Positions 39,152-52,615 of a stretch of 64,000 bases of DNA are shown here, piece after piece. The stretch's first letter is position 1, and every line of letters starts with the position of its first letter. Location: NCBI RefSeq assembly GCF_036321535.1, contig NC_087437.1, positions 106,022,001 to 106,086,000 of the forward strand, written 5' to 3'. This DNA is from Camelus dromedarius (lineage: Eukaryota). The notes beneath the pieces were generated by a model. That model searched no databases, was not told where the DNA came from, and saw only the letters and a program-made list of their open reading frames with translations. The position numbers were made by a program, and so were the translations under genes.

Positions 39152-40173
39152 GACCAACCACATAACCTGTTTTTAGGTTTGATACTTTTTTAAAGGTTAA
39201 TATTATTCATGTTACTCTGAATTTGCTTAATTTCATCTCACTGTATATTGTGAACATCCCTCCCATTTGGGATATTGATACATCCCAATATATCTTCCAA
39301 TGTGTCCGTGTGTGTGTGTGTGTGCATGCATGTGTGTACATACACATGTGTCATGGTTTATTCAATTCTCTACTTGCAGAAATTCAGGCTGTTTACGGTT
39401 TGTTGACTAAAAACCATTTTACTAATAGCATTATACATATATCCCTTATCTGATGTGATTTTTTTAATGTAAGGTAGAATTCAAGACCTGGAATTGGTAT
39501 ATAACACATACTAGTTTCAAATGATTGGCACCAGGCTTATTTGCCAAAACAGTTGAGGAATTCACAATCCTACTACCAAAGTAAGGGAACATTCACATCC
39601 CTGAGTATCTGGCAGCAGTGGTTGTTATTACTTATTTAAAAAATTTGCGAATCTGACAGGAGGGGGGAAAAAAAGGGGGATATCTTACTATTGGTCCAAT
39701 TCAGCATTCTAGGGTAGGGGCAAAGATGTAAATCCCAAGCAAAGATGCCTGAGAACCTGAAATCTTAGTTGCATCCACTGGTAGCTGTGTCTCCTGACCC
39801 TGATTTGAGACTGCATTCCTCCTTACAGAGGTCTGAGAAAGTTGGAAAGAGCCAGTGTTTTCCTTAGCAGTGTTTTCTTTCAGCTCAACAGGATTATGTC
39901 AACTATTATTACAAGGAAAGGCCATCAACATACCATTTTAAAAAGGAAAAGGTGTGTCCACCGGCTAAAGTAAATAAAAGGGCAAAACTCAAAGAAACAG
40001 TTTTAAAACCCAATAGTCACAATGGTACTGAGGAAGCTGGCAGGACAAAGCCAGGCTCAATGCTTATAAACTCAGGGTGCCTTCTGAACTTTTACAGCCT
40101 AATTTGGGAAATTAACCATGGAACAGCCTTGAAAAGATCTGATAAGGACATCGATATTAAAGAGAGTTTCAAA

Positions 40174-40339
40174 TACTGTATAGAACAGGGAAATATATAC
40201 AAGATCTTGTGGTAGCTCACAGAGAAAAAAAATGTGACAATGAATGTATGTATGTTCATGTATAACTGAAAAATTGTGCTCTACACTGGAATTTGACACA
40301 ACATTGTAAAATGACTATAACTCAATAAAAAAAAAAGTT

Positions 40340-40389
<50 letters not shown>
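40174..40389 (+). mobile_element. Young L1 3' end with (TAAA)n tail
   Basis: Variant 3'UTR (aagatcttgtggtagctcac...); TSD AAAGAG(A/G)GTTTCAAA at about 40159-40173 and 40390-40404. Confidence 0.93.
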
Positions 40390-40391
<2 letters not shown>

Positions 40392-40447
40392 AGAGGGTTT
40401 CAAAATTGTATTAACTGTAGTCTCACTTTTGGTACCAATGATTGATA

Positions 40448-40855
40448 CCAGTGATTTCAGAACTATTTGTGATTAATGAAAGGGTGACTGAGCATACATT
40501 ATATGACACACTGATGCACGGACACATGTAATTCCATTTTACATCAAAACAGAAATTGACACAATTGTAACATTATGACCTTTGCTTAATTTTAATTCAA
40601 AGTCTGCAAGAATGCATTCTTCAGAAGTGGCAAGGGATTCAACTCCAGTTAAAAACAGTCCTATCAGCTGATAGGGGCAATCCATTGACTTTTCGAGGAT
40701 GTGAAAATCATCTAAATATTTTAAATCGTATTGATCATACATTGAGGAAGAGGAGAGATTGAAAAGAAATAATGCGACAAAAAGAACCTTGGCCACAGTC
40801 ACGGAAACAAGCGGAAAAACTTCTGGCACAAGACCCTGAGGCAGCTCAGAAATAA
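40448..40855 (+). mobile_element. Possible fossil hAT transposase fragment
   Basis: Frame ERVTEHTLYDTL...KWQGIQLQLK...PLTFRGCENHLNIL resembles the hAT G.Q..L...CxxH.LN motif. Confidence 0.35.
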
Positions 40856-41099
40856 AATGTTCTATCTAAAACATAATAGAGTTTCTTGTACCTCAAGAAA
40901 GTACTTGGGTAGTACTTGCTACATCAGAGATCAGAGCAGAAAATAATGGTCTTCTACTATGTTAAAATACATATTATATATGTATATATATTATGAATCA
41001 AGGCATTGATGGGAAATACAGTGTAGAGAGACATTTTTGTGAATTAGCATGTGCACAGTTCTGTTTGCTTCTCACGTGGTATTATGATGTTTGTCAGTG

Positions 41100-41225
41100 T
41101 ACGTGTTAATCTCACCAGTTAGACTATAAGCTTATAGGCAGAAGACTATTTTATTCATCTTTATAACAACCAAAATCTAGTGCAGTGTTGAGTACAGAGT
41201 ACATGCTCTGTAAATGTGGATTGTA
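41100..41225 (+). mobile_element. L2 3' end
   Basis: tagactataagctt...ggcag...tctagtgcagtg. Confidence 0.6.
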
Positions 41226-41296
41226 GAAATGGGAACATTGTGCAGGATGCTAAACCACTGGAAATATTGATCTAGTTAGGTCTGGTGCTATGCTGG

Positions 41297-41640
41297 AGCT
41301 ATGGACTGAATTGTGTCACCCCAAAATTCCTATGCTGAAGTCTTAAACCTCCCCCAATATGATTGTATTTGGAGATGGGGCTTTTAGGGGGTCATCAGAG
41401 TGGAGTCCTCATCTGATAGGACTGGAGGCTTTCTAAGAGGAAGACAGAGATCTCTCTTAGCAAACACACCAAGGAAAGCTATGTGAGTACACATCTACAA
41501 GTCAGGAAAAGAGCCGGCTTGCCAGAACAGAATTGACCTGCACTTTGATCTTGGATTTATAGTTTCCAAACCGTGAGAAAATTAATTTCTGTTGTTTAAG
41601 CTACCCACTCTATTGCATTTTGTTATGACAGCCAACAACC
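41297..41640 (+). mobile_element. MLT1A-like MaLR LTR
   Basis: gctatggactgaattgtgtc...gtgagaaaattaatttctgttgtttaagc. Confidence 0.88.
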
Positions 41641-43089
41641 CAGGAAAACTTCTGACACTTTTCATTGGTTTCACGACAATGAAGAAAACCAAAGAAAAAT
41701 GACCTTTTAAAAGTCTTTATAATGATCCTCCAAGAAGAATTTCAGCACAATATTTGACGTGTATGAATTTAAGGGTGACCCAAAAGCTTGAGAATACTCC
41801 ACAACAAAGTAGAGAAGAGAAGTAAAATTAAAATATGAGTTGTAAATTACTTTTAACAAAAATATTTTTAGAAAAAAGCTTGTAGGAACTTTTATTCAGG
41901 TCTGCATCTTGTTTGACAGAAGACTCTTTGATTGTGTTTGATTAACTCTGATAAAACGTTTCAGAATCCTTTCGACCTAACACAAATGCTCCATTCTCTT
42001 CTTAGATTCCATCAAGAATCAGTAACAAATCTCATAAGTTACTTTTCAGCTATAACCCTAGTGCATTTTCTAAACTGGAGAAAGGAAACCCTTCTTTCTT
42101 TAGTGTTCTTTAGGAAGCAAAAGAGCCCACAGAAAAAGAAATGTCATTTACTTCTCATTTTTGTCTCATGGGAGGACATGTTTTTATGTAGAGTTGGTCA
42201 TCAGAAATCTGCAAGTGGAAATTAACAAGATAATTTGCAACTTCACCCTCACTATGGAGCCCTTGAATGAAAGCTGCCTTTATGAAGTAAAGGGACAAAC
42301 TGAGAAATTTGACACATGCTTTACATGTTTATTATTATGATGCCCAAAATGAACATAATAGCGTAGATTTAGAAATCCAGATCTAAATTACTTTCTCACT
42401 TTACCCAACTCTTAAAGCAGTACAAGGATGAATGTTCTAAGCCATTAGCCCAAGGGTGTTTTACATCTTCATAACAATGCAAGCAACTGAAGAAGGACAG
42501 TAGTTTACTTCTCCTGAACAATTCTTTTTCTTTTTTTTTCCTTCAAAATTTGCATTAGCCCCAGCTAGTTGCTGGCCTGAAGATACCACTAATTTCTAGG
42601 ATGTCCTGAGAAATGTCATCACCATCTCTTCAACAACTTTAAGAATTGTCAAAGTACTATGCAAACTTTTGAAAACTAAGGCTCAAAAATACATCCTCTT
42701 ATACTTTTTAAGTCTTTTCATTGAGAATTATGTGCATCATGAATTGAATTAATTTTTCCTGTGGCAAAAATTTTGAAAGTTAAAATTCTGAGTTTTATTT
42801 TTTATTACATCCCTTTACTCTAAAGTATATATTCAAATAGATTTTCCATACTGTGTGGTATTGCACCATCCAGAGAACATTTGTAACTAAGTCAACATAC
42901 ACTGTTTCTAGGCACCACCAAGGAAATCATTTTGTTATACCCGTATTAAAATATTACCAGAGTAACGGGACTAAAACGACTCATTGTGTTGGTTGGAGTG
43001 CTCGGCACTGCAAGGGGTGTTAGACACACAATTGTGAATGTCTCTTTAAGAAGTCATAAGTGATTCTCTTCCAAAACATCAACCAGGAC

Positions 43090-44090
43090 AGTGTGTTGGA
43101 CCAAGTGAAAAGAAAATGAGGAAAGCTTAAAAGATCCAAGATCCTCCTCTCTGAGAACACACCTGCAGGCTGACTCTCTTCCTTGAGTCTTAGGAGAAAC
43201 AGCACTTGCTTCTTCTCCTTTTTCCCTGCCTCCTTTGCCGGTTCTTCCTCATCTCCTGACGTCTAGGATCCGGAGGGCTCCAGAGCACAGTCGCTGGTTG
43301 CTTCTTTTTTATCTACACATTTCCTTTAGTTGATCCCACCCAGTCTCATGGCTGTAAGTACTATCCCCACACTAACAACTCCTAAATTTACATTCCCAAT
43401 TGGAATCTCTCCTCTGAATTCCAAATGCCTGCTCAACAAATCCACCTGAAAGCCAGTTCAAACAAAATAATTAAAACCCAACTCCTGACAACCACCTATC
43501 TTGCCCCCTCCCCCAAGCTCCGGACCTGCTCCTCTCCAATCTTCCCCATGAAATATAGTGGCAACTCCAACCTTTCAATTATCAACCAAAAACTTCCTTG
43601 ATGTTTTTCCTTCTTTTACACTCCACACAAAATTTGTCAGCCAATTCTATTTACTCTGTCTTCAGAACATCTCTAGAATCTGTATATCACACATCAGCCC
43701 GATCCAAGACATAATTACTTTTGCCTGCATTACTGCAATCACCTCCTAACTGTCTTTCTTGTTAGATGTTTGTCCAGCTTCAGCTTATCTTCCAAAGTAC
43801 AGAAATAGAGATTCCATTAAAACAGAATCTAATTCCTCTACTCGCAACCTTTCCATGGCTTTCCAGCTCACTCAGAACAAAAGCTAAAAGTCCTCACCAT
43901 GATATACAGGGAACTGGGTGATCAGGTCCACCTAACTTCTCTGACCACGTCTCCTCCTACTTTTTCATTCCACCCTAACTCAATTGGCTTCATTGCTGTT
44001 CTTTCAACAGAGCAGACAACCCCTGGTTCAGGCTTTGCACTTAATGTTCCCTCGGTCTGAAACATTCTTTCTCCCAATTATCCAAATGAT
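43090..44090 (+). mobile_element. L2 fragment (about 1 kb)
   Basis: ccagtctcatggc..., tactgcaatcacctcctaactg, caggctttgcactt motifs. Confidence 0.85.
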
Positions 44091-44779
44091 CTTGGGAAGC
44101 AGTGGAGTACACACTTTAAAGTTTCAAATTTGTATTTCTTTTCAAATATTAGAACTCAGATTACTCATTATTATGTACTGACCTCTAGCTCAAACTGGTT
44201 ATATTAAGATTCTCCATGTACAAATACTTTACAGATGTTCTAAGCCTTGCTTTCGGTATTTTCCTCCACTCAGAGAACTCTAATTCTATCCATCAGCACC
44301 ATATATTTGACATTCATTTTTGTCACATTCCAATGTTATCATAAATTGTGGTTTAACATAAAGCATAGTTAGTATCGCTTAACTAATGGCATCAATTTTT
44401 CCACAAATCCCAAAGCTGAGCTTGAAAAGTTGAACAAGAAAGGATAATTTTCTTGCCTTTAAAATTCTAAGATAGCAGACTTTGTACACATATTTTTCTC
44501 TTATACTTTATAAACCCTGCTGATCAAAAAAGTATAAAAAAGAATAAAATCATTACAGAGACAATAATATGATAGAGACATGATAGGGAGGGGAATGTTG
44601 TTTTGCCAGCAAACAAGAAATATCAACATATTTCGGAAAGATCAGAAATGAATGGAACTGGGTTGGTGAATAAAACAAGCCAGGAAGGTTTTGAATAAAC
44701 TGCTCAGTGTCTGCAAAGTGAAAAGCTAATCATACAGACAAGGCATCTTATATCGTGGATTTCCCAAGACAGTCTTTAG

Positions 44780-45090
44780 CCCTAAAAACATTTTGCTAAG
44801 TGAAAGAGGTCACAACGTATCATATGATTCCATTCATATGAAATGTCCAGAAGATTAAAATACAGACACAGAAAATAGATCAGCACTTGTCAGGGGCTGG
44901 GGAAGGAGCAAATGAGAAGTGACTGCTAATGCGTATGGGTTTATTCTGGGGGTGATGAAAATGTTCTGCAATTGGATAGTGGTGATGGTTACACAGGTCT
45001 GTGCATAGACTAAAAACCACTAAAATACATACTTACAAGGGTGAATTTTATGGCATATGAATTATATCTCAACAAAGCTTTTATATAAAT
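44780..45090 (+). mobile_element. L1MB-like 3' end
   Basis: gctaagtgaaaga...atatgattccatt...gatgaaaatgttctg...gaattatatctcaa. Confidence 0.85.
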
Positions 45091-45319
45091 AAATGTAAAG
45101 ATTAGTTAGTTTTAAATGATATTTACATAAATAACTATTAAAAGCAAGAAATGTAAATTTTTAAAGTAAAAAAAAAAAAAGCAAGAAATGGTAAGAGAGA
45201 TATGAAAAAAAAATCCTTATCAGGATTCAGAAAAATGACCATCACTTTCAACTCGGATTCTTATGGGGTCTTATGCACTAAGAGATGGATACTACTGTTT
45301 GTTTGTTTTTTGTTTTTTG

Positions 45320-46900
45320 TTTTTTTAATGAGAGGAGAAGGTAAGAAAACACTAGCAGGCAGGAAAATGTGTAAGTAAAGACCCAGAGGTGGGAAACAGA
45401 AAAGAGGAACAATTACCAAAATCCCATGGGATTGTAAATGAAGTGCAAATGAAGATAAGAATGCTAAATTAATTATTTGTAGATGATTCTTTAAACCAGG
45501 GTTTTTCAACTTCAGCACAATTGACACTCAGGGCCAGATCATTTTTAGCTCTAGGGAATTGTCCTGTGCATTGTAGGATGTTTAACAGCGTCCCAGACAC
45601 TCCCTGCCCTAGTCATGACAGTTAAATTTGTCTACAGGTATTGCCAAATGGTGAAGCAAAGCACCCCTAGTTGAGAACTACTGTTTTAACAAAGTGGAGT
45701 CATTGAAGATTTGAAGCAGAGGATGACGTTATAAAAACTAAAGTCAAGAAACATTAAACTGGCAAGGCTTTGAATGCTAACTGGGTAGAGTAAGGTGGGA
45801 GAGAAAAGTTAACATATTTTTGCAATACTCCTAGTCAAAGATAATAGGGTTCTGAAATATAAAAGAGTTCATGGAATTGGATGTGAGAGATTAAACGGTA
45901 TTTATTTGGGGGGTGGGAGGAGACACTCTTTATGGGTATAGAATCAAACAGACTTAACAACATTAGTTGTTTTGAAAAGAATAGGAATAATAGGAAACAA
46001 AGATGACCTTGATATGTTGAGTCTAAATGACAAGGTAGTAGTTCGTAACAAAATAGAGAAATGGTCATAGAACCAGATTTAAAAGGGAGACGAGATGTTC
46101 CATTCTTTGAACAGCTAAACAGAATGTGCTAGAGGAACATCCAGATAGAAATGTCAAGCCAGAAGTAGGAAAATTGAGACTGAGCTTTGGGGGGAAATTC
46201 AGCAGTATCAGCATGGGCTTAGAAGACATTTACATGGAAAGCAAAATTGAAGCCATGAAATTAGATTGCCCAGGAAGAGAGCTAAAAACAGAGAGACAAG
46301 GAAGCAGCCAGGAATAGCCTCATCTAAGTGGACATCACGTGTGAAAAAAGAAGAGAGAAGCTGGAAGAGGAGCATAAGCACCAGATAAGAAAATGTCTAA
46401 GAAGACACAAAGGAGAAATTTTGCCAAAGAAAGGATGGGTGGGTGGGCTGGGTAATGGTGTCGACTGGTACAAAAGTTTAAAGAATATGACAACCGAGAA
46501 AAATGAGTAAGTTTGCTGGGAATTGTGAGGAATGCGGGGTAAACATGATGGAAACAGAAAATAAATTCAAACAAATTTAAGAACACATAGGTGCTATGAG
46601 GTGGATACTTAAGAAGCTCATTGGTAAAGGGAAAAAATAAACAGAGATTGTGTTTCTCAGATAGGAGAGACGTTAATCATATTTGTAAATGATGATGAAA
46701 TTAAATGAGAGTGATTGAATGTGTAAGAAAGATGGGCAGAGGCAAGGGAAGTGATACTTAACAGAGCGTGTTTCCACAGGAGATGGTAAGGTTTGGAATC
46801 AAAATCACAAATGTTCAATTTTGTAGAAGAGGAATGTATCATTCTCAAAAACTGGAAAAAAAGAATAAGAGATAATGCATGTGGTAACAAACGATAAATT
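45320..46900 (-). mobile_element. Degenerate L2 (antisense), interrupted by MER20
   Basis: Purine-rich L2 antisense motifs (gtcattgaagatttgaagcag, tgaagccatga). Confidence 0.55.
45498..45683 (+). mobile_element. MER20 hAT-Charlie element
   Basis: cagggtttttcaac...tgtcctgtgcattgtaggatgtttaacagc...gttgagaactactg terminal inverted repeats. Confidence 0.88.
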
Positions 46901-47694
46901 TGAGGATGATTCTCTAAACAATATTTTATATGTGATTTTATCTTAAAAATGTTTATGTAGAGAAGAGCTCTTTTAAATGCAACAGTTGGGCATGATTTTC
47001 CTCTTGATGGGAACACTTGGAAAGAGGAACACTTCCCACCAGTCTCAGAGCCAGGTGTCCACAGACTGAAGCCAGGTTTTTATGGTGTACTTTATTATTC
47101 TGTTCCAACTAAATTCCCAGAACATTAGCACATGCTCAGTTAAATGCAATATGAAAATGCATCTCAAATACAGAAATGTTATTTTTGGATTATCCATGGG
47201 TTTTGGTCTATTTATATCTCCATACTGCCCAATGGTGGCAACTAATCATGTTATTATAGTAAAATATCTTCTTAAGTAAGTTCTATAATAACTTACCCTG
47301 CAAATACCGAAAGCTTGGCACCAAGAGGAAAAAGGAAAATAAGCAGGAATGTTGTGCAATCTGGGTTTCATTTCTCAAATTCTCTAAGAAAAGCTGACTA
47401 CTCTCATTCCCTTTCATTAAGCATTCTCTGATGTACCAGCACCAGAATGAAATAAGAGAATCCTATATTTTGAGACAGTTAATAAAAAATGTCAATGAAT
47501 CATAATGGTAATTATGTAAGTTAGGCAAGCACTTAATACCCTAAAAGTTATCTTCAACCCACTGAATGAGAGAAAAGCACTAGAATTATTTTTGCTTTGT
47601 TACGTTGTTAATCTTTCGTTCTTTAATTTGTATTATTTTAAACTACTACAGTTCCCCCAAAATGAAGCTTAATGAGTCTTCACAAATGAATATA

Positions 47695-47985
47695 TTCTAT
47701 AGAAACAGAGTCACAGACATAGAAAACAAACTTATGGTTACCAAAGGGGAAAGAGAGGGAGGAATAAATTGAGAGCATGGGATTAACAGATGCACGCTAC
47801 CATATATAAAAGAGATGAAAAAGGATTTACTGTATAGCACAGGGAGCTGTATTCAATATCTTGTAATAAATTGGAATAGAATTTTAAAAACACAGATATA
47901 TGCATATATATGTATAATTGAATCACTTTGCTGAACACCTGAAACTAACACAATATTGTAAATCAATTATACTTCAATAAAAAGA
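47695..47985 (+). mobile_element. 5'-truncated L1 3' end, followed by an older L1ME-like end to about 48140
   Basis: acagacatagaaaacaaacttatggttacc...tacttcaataaaa. Confidence 0.92.
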
Positions 47986-48269
47986 TACATTGAAATAAAA
48001 ACTCAGGGTGTGAACAAATAGATGAATCAAGATTGGCAAAATATTGATACTTGTTGAAGCTGAGTAATAGGCACTTGGACTTCTTTGTATTCTTCACTCT
48101 ATTTTTAAGTATATTTGAATATGTCCGTTTAAAAGTAAATAATACAAGTAGTAAATCATTCTTATTACAGATGTTTGTGAACACTCTCCCTCAGTTCCAA
48201 AAGACAAAAACATCATATCCCTGCTCTAGAATTGAGAAATGCAATAGGTAAATCAAATACCAGAGGCCT

Positions 48270-49246
48270 TGTGCAGTGGGGCAGGCAGAATGGGACCCCA
48301 AAGATCCTCACCCTAATCCCTGGAACCAACGAATACATTACCTAACGCAATGGTTAATTTTATGTGGCACCTTGACTGGCCATGGGGTTCCCAAATTAAA
48401 CGTTATTGATGTGTCTGTGAAGGCATTCCTGGTGAGATGAGCATCTGAATGGATAGACTCAGTAGATTCTCCTCCCCAACATGGGTTGATGTCATCTAGC
48501 CCATTGAGGGCAAGAATAAAACAAAAGGCAGAGGAAAGAGGAATTCATTCTTTTTGCTGCCTCATTGATTGATGCCCTAAGACTGTGATTTATACCATCA
48601 GCTTCCCTGGTTCTAAGGACTTTGGCATATATATAAATAGATATATAGATAGATTATCTCCTAGTGCTTGTTCTCTGGAGAATATTGACTAATGCATCTT
48701 ACATGACAAAAGGAACTTTGCAGATACAATCAAGTTTACAGACTTTAAACAGGAAGATTAACCTGGATTGTCCTATCTAAGTGTGTCCCATCTAATCACA
48801 TGAGCTCTTAAAAGCAGGGAACTTTCTCCAGCTGGAAGCAGAAGAGATGCAGCAGGAGAATTCAGAGAAATTCAAAGCTTGAAGAGGACTTAACGGGAAT
48901 TTGCTGGCTTGAAGATGGAGGGTCAACATGATGAGGAATTCAGGCATCCTTAAAAGCTAAGAGAGGCTGCTGGCTGACAGCCAGGAAGGAAACAGAGACC
49001 TCAGCCTTGCAGCCCAAATAACCGAACTCTGTCAACAGCCTGGATGAGCTTGGAAACAGACGCTCTCAGAGCCTCCAGATAAGAGCCCAGCTTGCCAAAG
49101 ACTTGATCTTAGCCTGCGAAGGCCTGGCCAGTGGAACCAGCTGAGCTCACCAGACTCCTGACCCTATCCCGTGAGATAATAAATTTGTGTTGTTTTAAGT
49201 GGCTAAATTTGGGGTAATTTTAAGGCTGTGCTAGGTAACAAATACA
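48270..49246 (+). mobile_element. MLT1D/E-like LTR with nested MLT2 LTR (about 48347-48697)
   Basis: MLT1 start ggcagaatgg...ccctaatccctggaacc; MLT2 atggttaattttatgtg...gactaatgca; MLT1 resumes at catgacaaaaggaactttgcagat. Confidence 0.88.
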
Positions 49247-49379
49247 TCCTACTTAACATAAAAAAGACCCAATAGCTAACAACATTTTAAAAGACTTATT
49301 CCTAACACAAAAAATGACAGTGAGAAGTAATTTTAATTTAATGTTTTCCTTGTTATATTGGGAAAACATATAAAAAGAA

Positions 49380-49950
49380 ATTGTGGTAGATAAATGTGTT
49401 ACATCATGTGTGATGAGCTCTTGACGGCCACATAAACCGGCCCAGAGTTTTGGAAGAGTAATTGGTGATACATTTAAGAAGTCAGGGGAACATGTTTGAC
49501 ATTTAACCTAAATGTCCACATCTATTTTTGAGGAAATAATTCCAGTAGTATTTCTCACCTTTGATCCAGTAATTTCACCTCTATATACTAAGAAATAATT
49601 TTAGATGTATTTTATATGAAAATAAATATTAAAATGTGAAGAAAAATTAACCTGTAAAGATGGCAGTCGTGTACCTATTACAGCATGTAATAGCAAAATT
49701 GGTAACAATATAAACATTCAACAGAAAGGATTGGTTAAGTTAGGGTACACCCACAAAATGAAATGCTTTAAATTCAGTTGAAATCATGTGGTAATATGTA
49801 CTTACCGACATGTAAATGTCTTTTAAGGGAAAAAAAAATCAGGTAACAAAATAACAAATACATTAAAGTTCTGAAAGTATATGCCAATTTTAGGTCCTTT
49901 CTGCTGGTCTGTATCTTTTGATTTTTTTTTCCTTTTATGATAATTGATTT
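49380..49950 (+). mobile_element. Highly decayed L1ME-like fragment
   Basis: tttgatccagtaatttcac..., taatagcaaaattgg... Confidence 0.5.
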
Positions 49951-50290
49951 AGTAATAAACTAACAAAAGAAATTTTATTTTTAATCAAGGTTACATTTCG
50001 GTGCTTTTATATCAATTTCCAGAAAGTTATTTAGTCAATTAGAATAAATGATTATATATACATTTCAAGGCAAACAACAAACTATTCCTTCTTTATTTGG
50101 AGTATAAAAATTAAAACAAAGAATGTCCTCTTATCCCTCAGATGTTTACAGCTTTCATACAAGAAAATTTATCACTAGTTTTATCACATCAAAATATACC
50201 TGCTACTCCTTTACTATCATTACAGCCTTTCATTCTGCTTAAATTATGTGCCAAATTTCATTGGCTACACTCATTCATCTAAATCTAAAA

Positions 50291-50560
50291 GTTGGGGAAA
50301 GGGAGTGGGAAGGGATAAGCTGGGAGTTTGAGATTTGCAGATACTAACTACTATATGTAAAATAGATAAACAATAAGTTTCTTCTGTATAGCAAAGGGAA
50401 CTATATTCAATATCTTGTAATAACCTATAATGAAAAAGACTATGAAAACGAATATATGTGTGTACATGTATGGCTGAAACATTATGCTGTACACCAGAAA
50501 TTGACACAACTCTGTAAACTGGCTATACTTCAATTAAAAAAATAGAATAAAAAGAAAAAA
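50291..50560 (+). mobile_element. 5'-truncated L1 3' end
   Basis: L1 3'UTR, A tail, TSD TAAATCTAAA. Confidence 0.92.
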
Positions 50561-52019
50561 TAAATCTAAATGTTATGCAGTGTAAGAGTTTTCATTGAAT
50601 GCAGACTAAAATGAGAAATGCTTTCCTGCACCCTATCCCCCATCTCTTCCTGGGCTACCACAGAAATTATATCTGGAAGTTTTGTGTCCAAACATTGGCT
50701 GGAAGTTGAAACATGAGTCTGTTGAGTCTGAACATATCAAAGACTGTGGTAAAAATTTGGCTTCAAGAGAGAAAGGAAGTGAAAAATTAGTTTTTGGTGA
50801 TAAGTACCCATCTGAGACACATCTGAAATACACATTTAAAGAAATTTTTCTCAATTTCAATCTTCAGTTCTTGTATTGACTGGCATAGGATGATGTTTTA
50901 AATCAAAAGATGATATTTGAAATATGTTGTGTATTATTGCTAAGTCCCTAATTTCTGTTAAAGCCTAAAAAGCAAAAATTGGGGTTGATTCTTAAAAAAA
51001 AAAATTTGTTTTGATCATGTTTGTTTAGCCCAGTAGTATGCTGGAAAGTTGATTGTGCACATTTTCAAGTTGATGGCTTGGAATTAGTAAATGCGACAAA
51101 TCAAGACTTTACCTTCTTCTTTTTCTTGGAGATGTGGGTAAGGCACCACATGGTGTCAACTTCTCCCAAATTGTTAGGAAGACCTGAAGCGGCTCCACAA
51201 GCATCACAGGTCACTTGGACCCCTGACTTTTAGTCGCTGTAGTAGACTTGGTCAGCTGAGAATCACGGATGTCAGCAAGATGCACTGCGCCCCACTGAAT
51301 CTGCAGTACCAAGGAGGCTGCAAAATAAGTACTCCTCGGCTAGTACTTCTTTTATCCTACATAGATCGTACTTAGGATGCAGTGATACATCAGGTGAATG
51401 AAGCATCACATCACCACAGAAACCAGTGATACAGAACAGGTATGCTGAAATATACTTCAGTAGATACAAAAATGTTAAAATATACTTCAGTTACAGACAA
51501 AAATGTTATTTGGATACACTAGGGTCTATCTTTATTGCTAATGGGACCAAATGCTTACTATTATCTCACTGAATAACACTGAAATCAGTATATGGATGGG
51601 CTGGAAAGTAAACAGGAGGCAAATAAAAAGTAATAGCATTGTCAGAGATGTCTTTCTTTACTTGACGCTAAGCCAATTCAGCATGTGGCCAATGCTCAAT
51701 TATTCCAAAAATAACTGTATTTCCCATATTTCCTCATTTCCTTCTTCATCCCTCCTGTTCCCTAATGCTTGGGCATTTAAAACTGATTTGCATTATCCTT
51801 CAATTTAATATCACATTTCAGAATTATCTACGGATTTTATTATAAATGGGATGCTCCTTTCTATTGCAATCTGGCAATTGTCAAAATAAATACACACCAG
51901 GGTGAAAAGGGAGAAAAGTGTTAGATTTTTTTTGTGGGGGTTTTTTGGCGATCACAAATTTTTCTGGTACAGAATTTCAAACATAAGGAACCAAGAAAAG
52001 CTCTTCTACGAATAGAAAC

Positions 52020-52250
52020 CCATTTATTAATCCAACAAATATTTATTGAGCAAGCAGTAAACATGAGACACTGCTTATTGCTGTGCTGAGTCAAAATGAT
52101 GGAAGGTAGTCCTACCCCTGAAGAAGATGAATAGATGATACTTTATAGCAACCATGTGTAAGACTAGCAAAGTGGCAGTGAAGACAAAAGAAAGAAAAGA
52201 AAAAAACTATTTATGGAGGAGGTCAGATTTGAACTGGAACTTGGAGGATG
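52020..52250 (-). mobile_element. L2 3' end
   Basis: caacaaatatttattgagc start. Confidence 0.6.
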
Positions 52251-52479
52251 GGGAGGTTTTTCACTTTGTGGTTTTGAGCCACAGGTGCCTGTCTTATCAT
52301 TGTAACAGATCTTACCAACATTGTTCATATCAGTATGTTCCCAATATTGACATGCAGACGTGGTCCACTAATAAGTAGCCAATTGTCTATAACTGAGCAT
52401 GCATCAGTATCTCCTGAAAAGATGCTCCCCCCACAACGCTTCTGCTTTAGTAGCTTTGGGGCAGAACAGAAGCATTTCA

Positions 52480-52615
52480 GGTCCCGAGTGACGCTGGCAG
52501 CTTGATCTTGGACTTCCCAGCTTCTGTAACTGTGAGAAATAAATTTCTGTCATTTAAGCCCCTGTCCCCCAGCAGTTCATGGGCTTGTTCCAGCAGCCTG
52601 GGTAGACTAAGACAC
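52480..52615 (+). mobile_element. MLT1 3' fragment
   Basis: ttgatcttggacttcccagc...ctgtgagaaataaatttctgt...gactaagaca. Confidence 0.85.
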
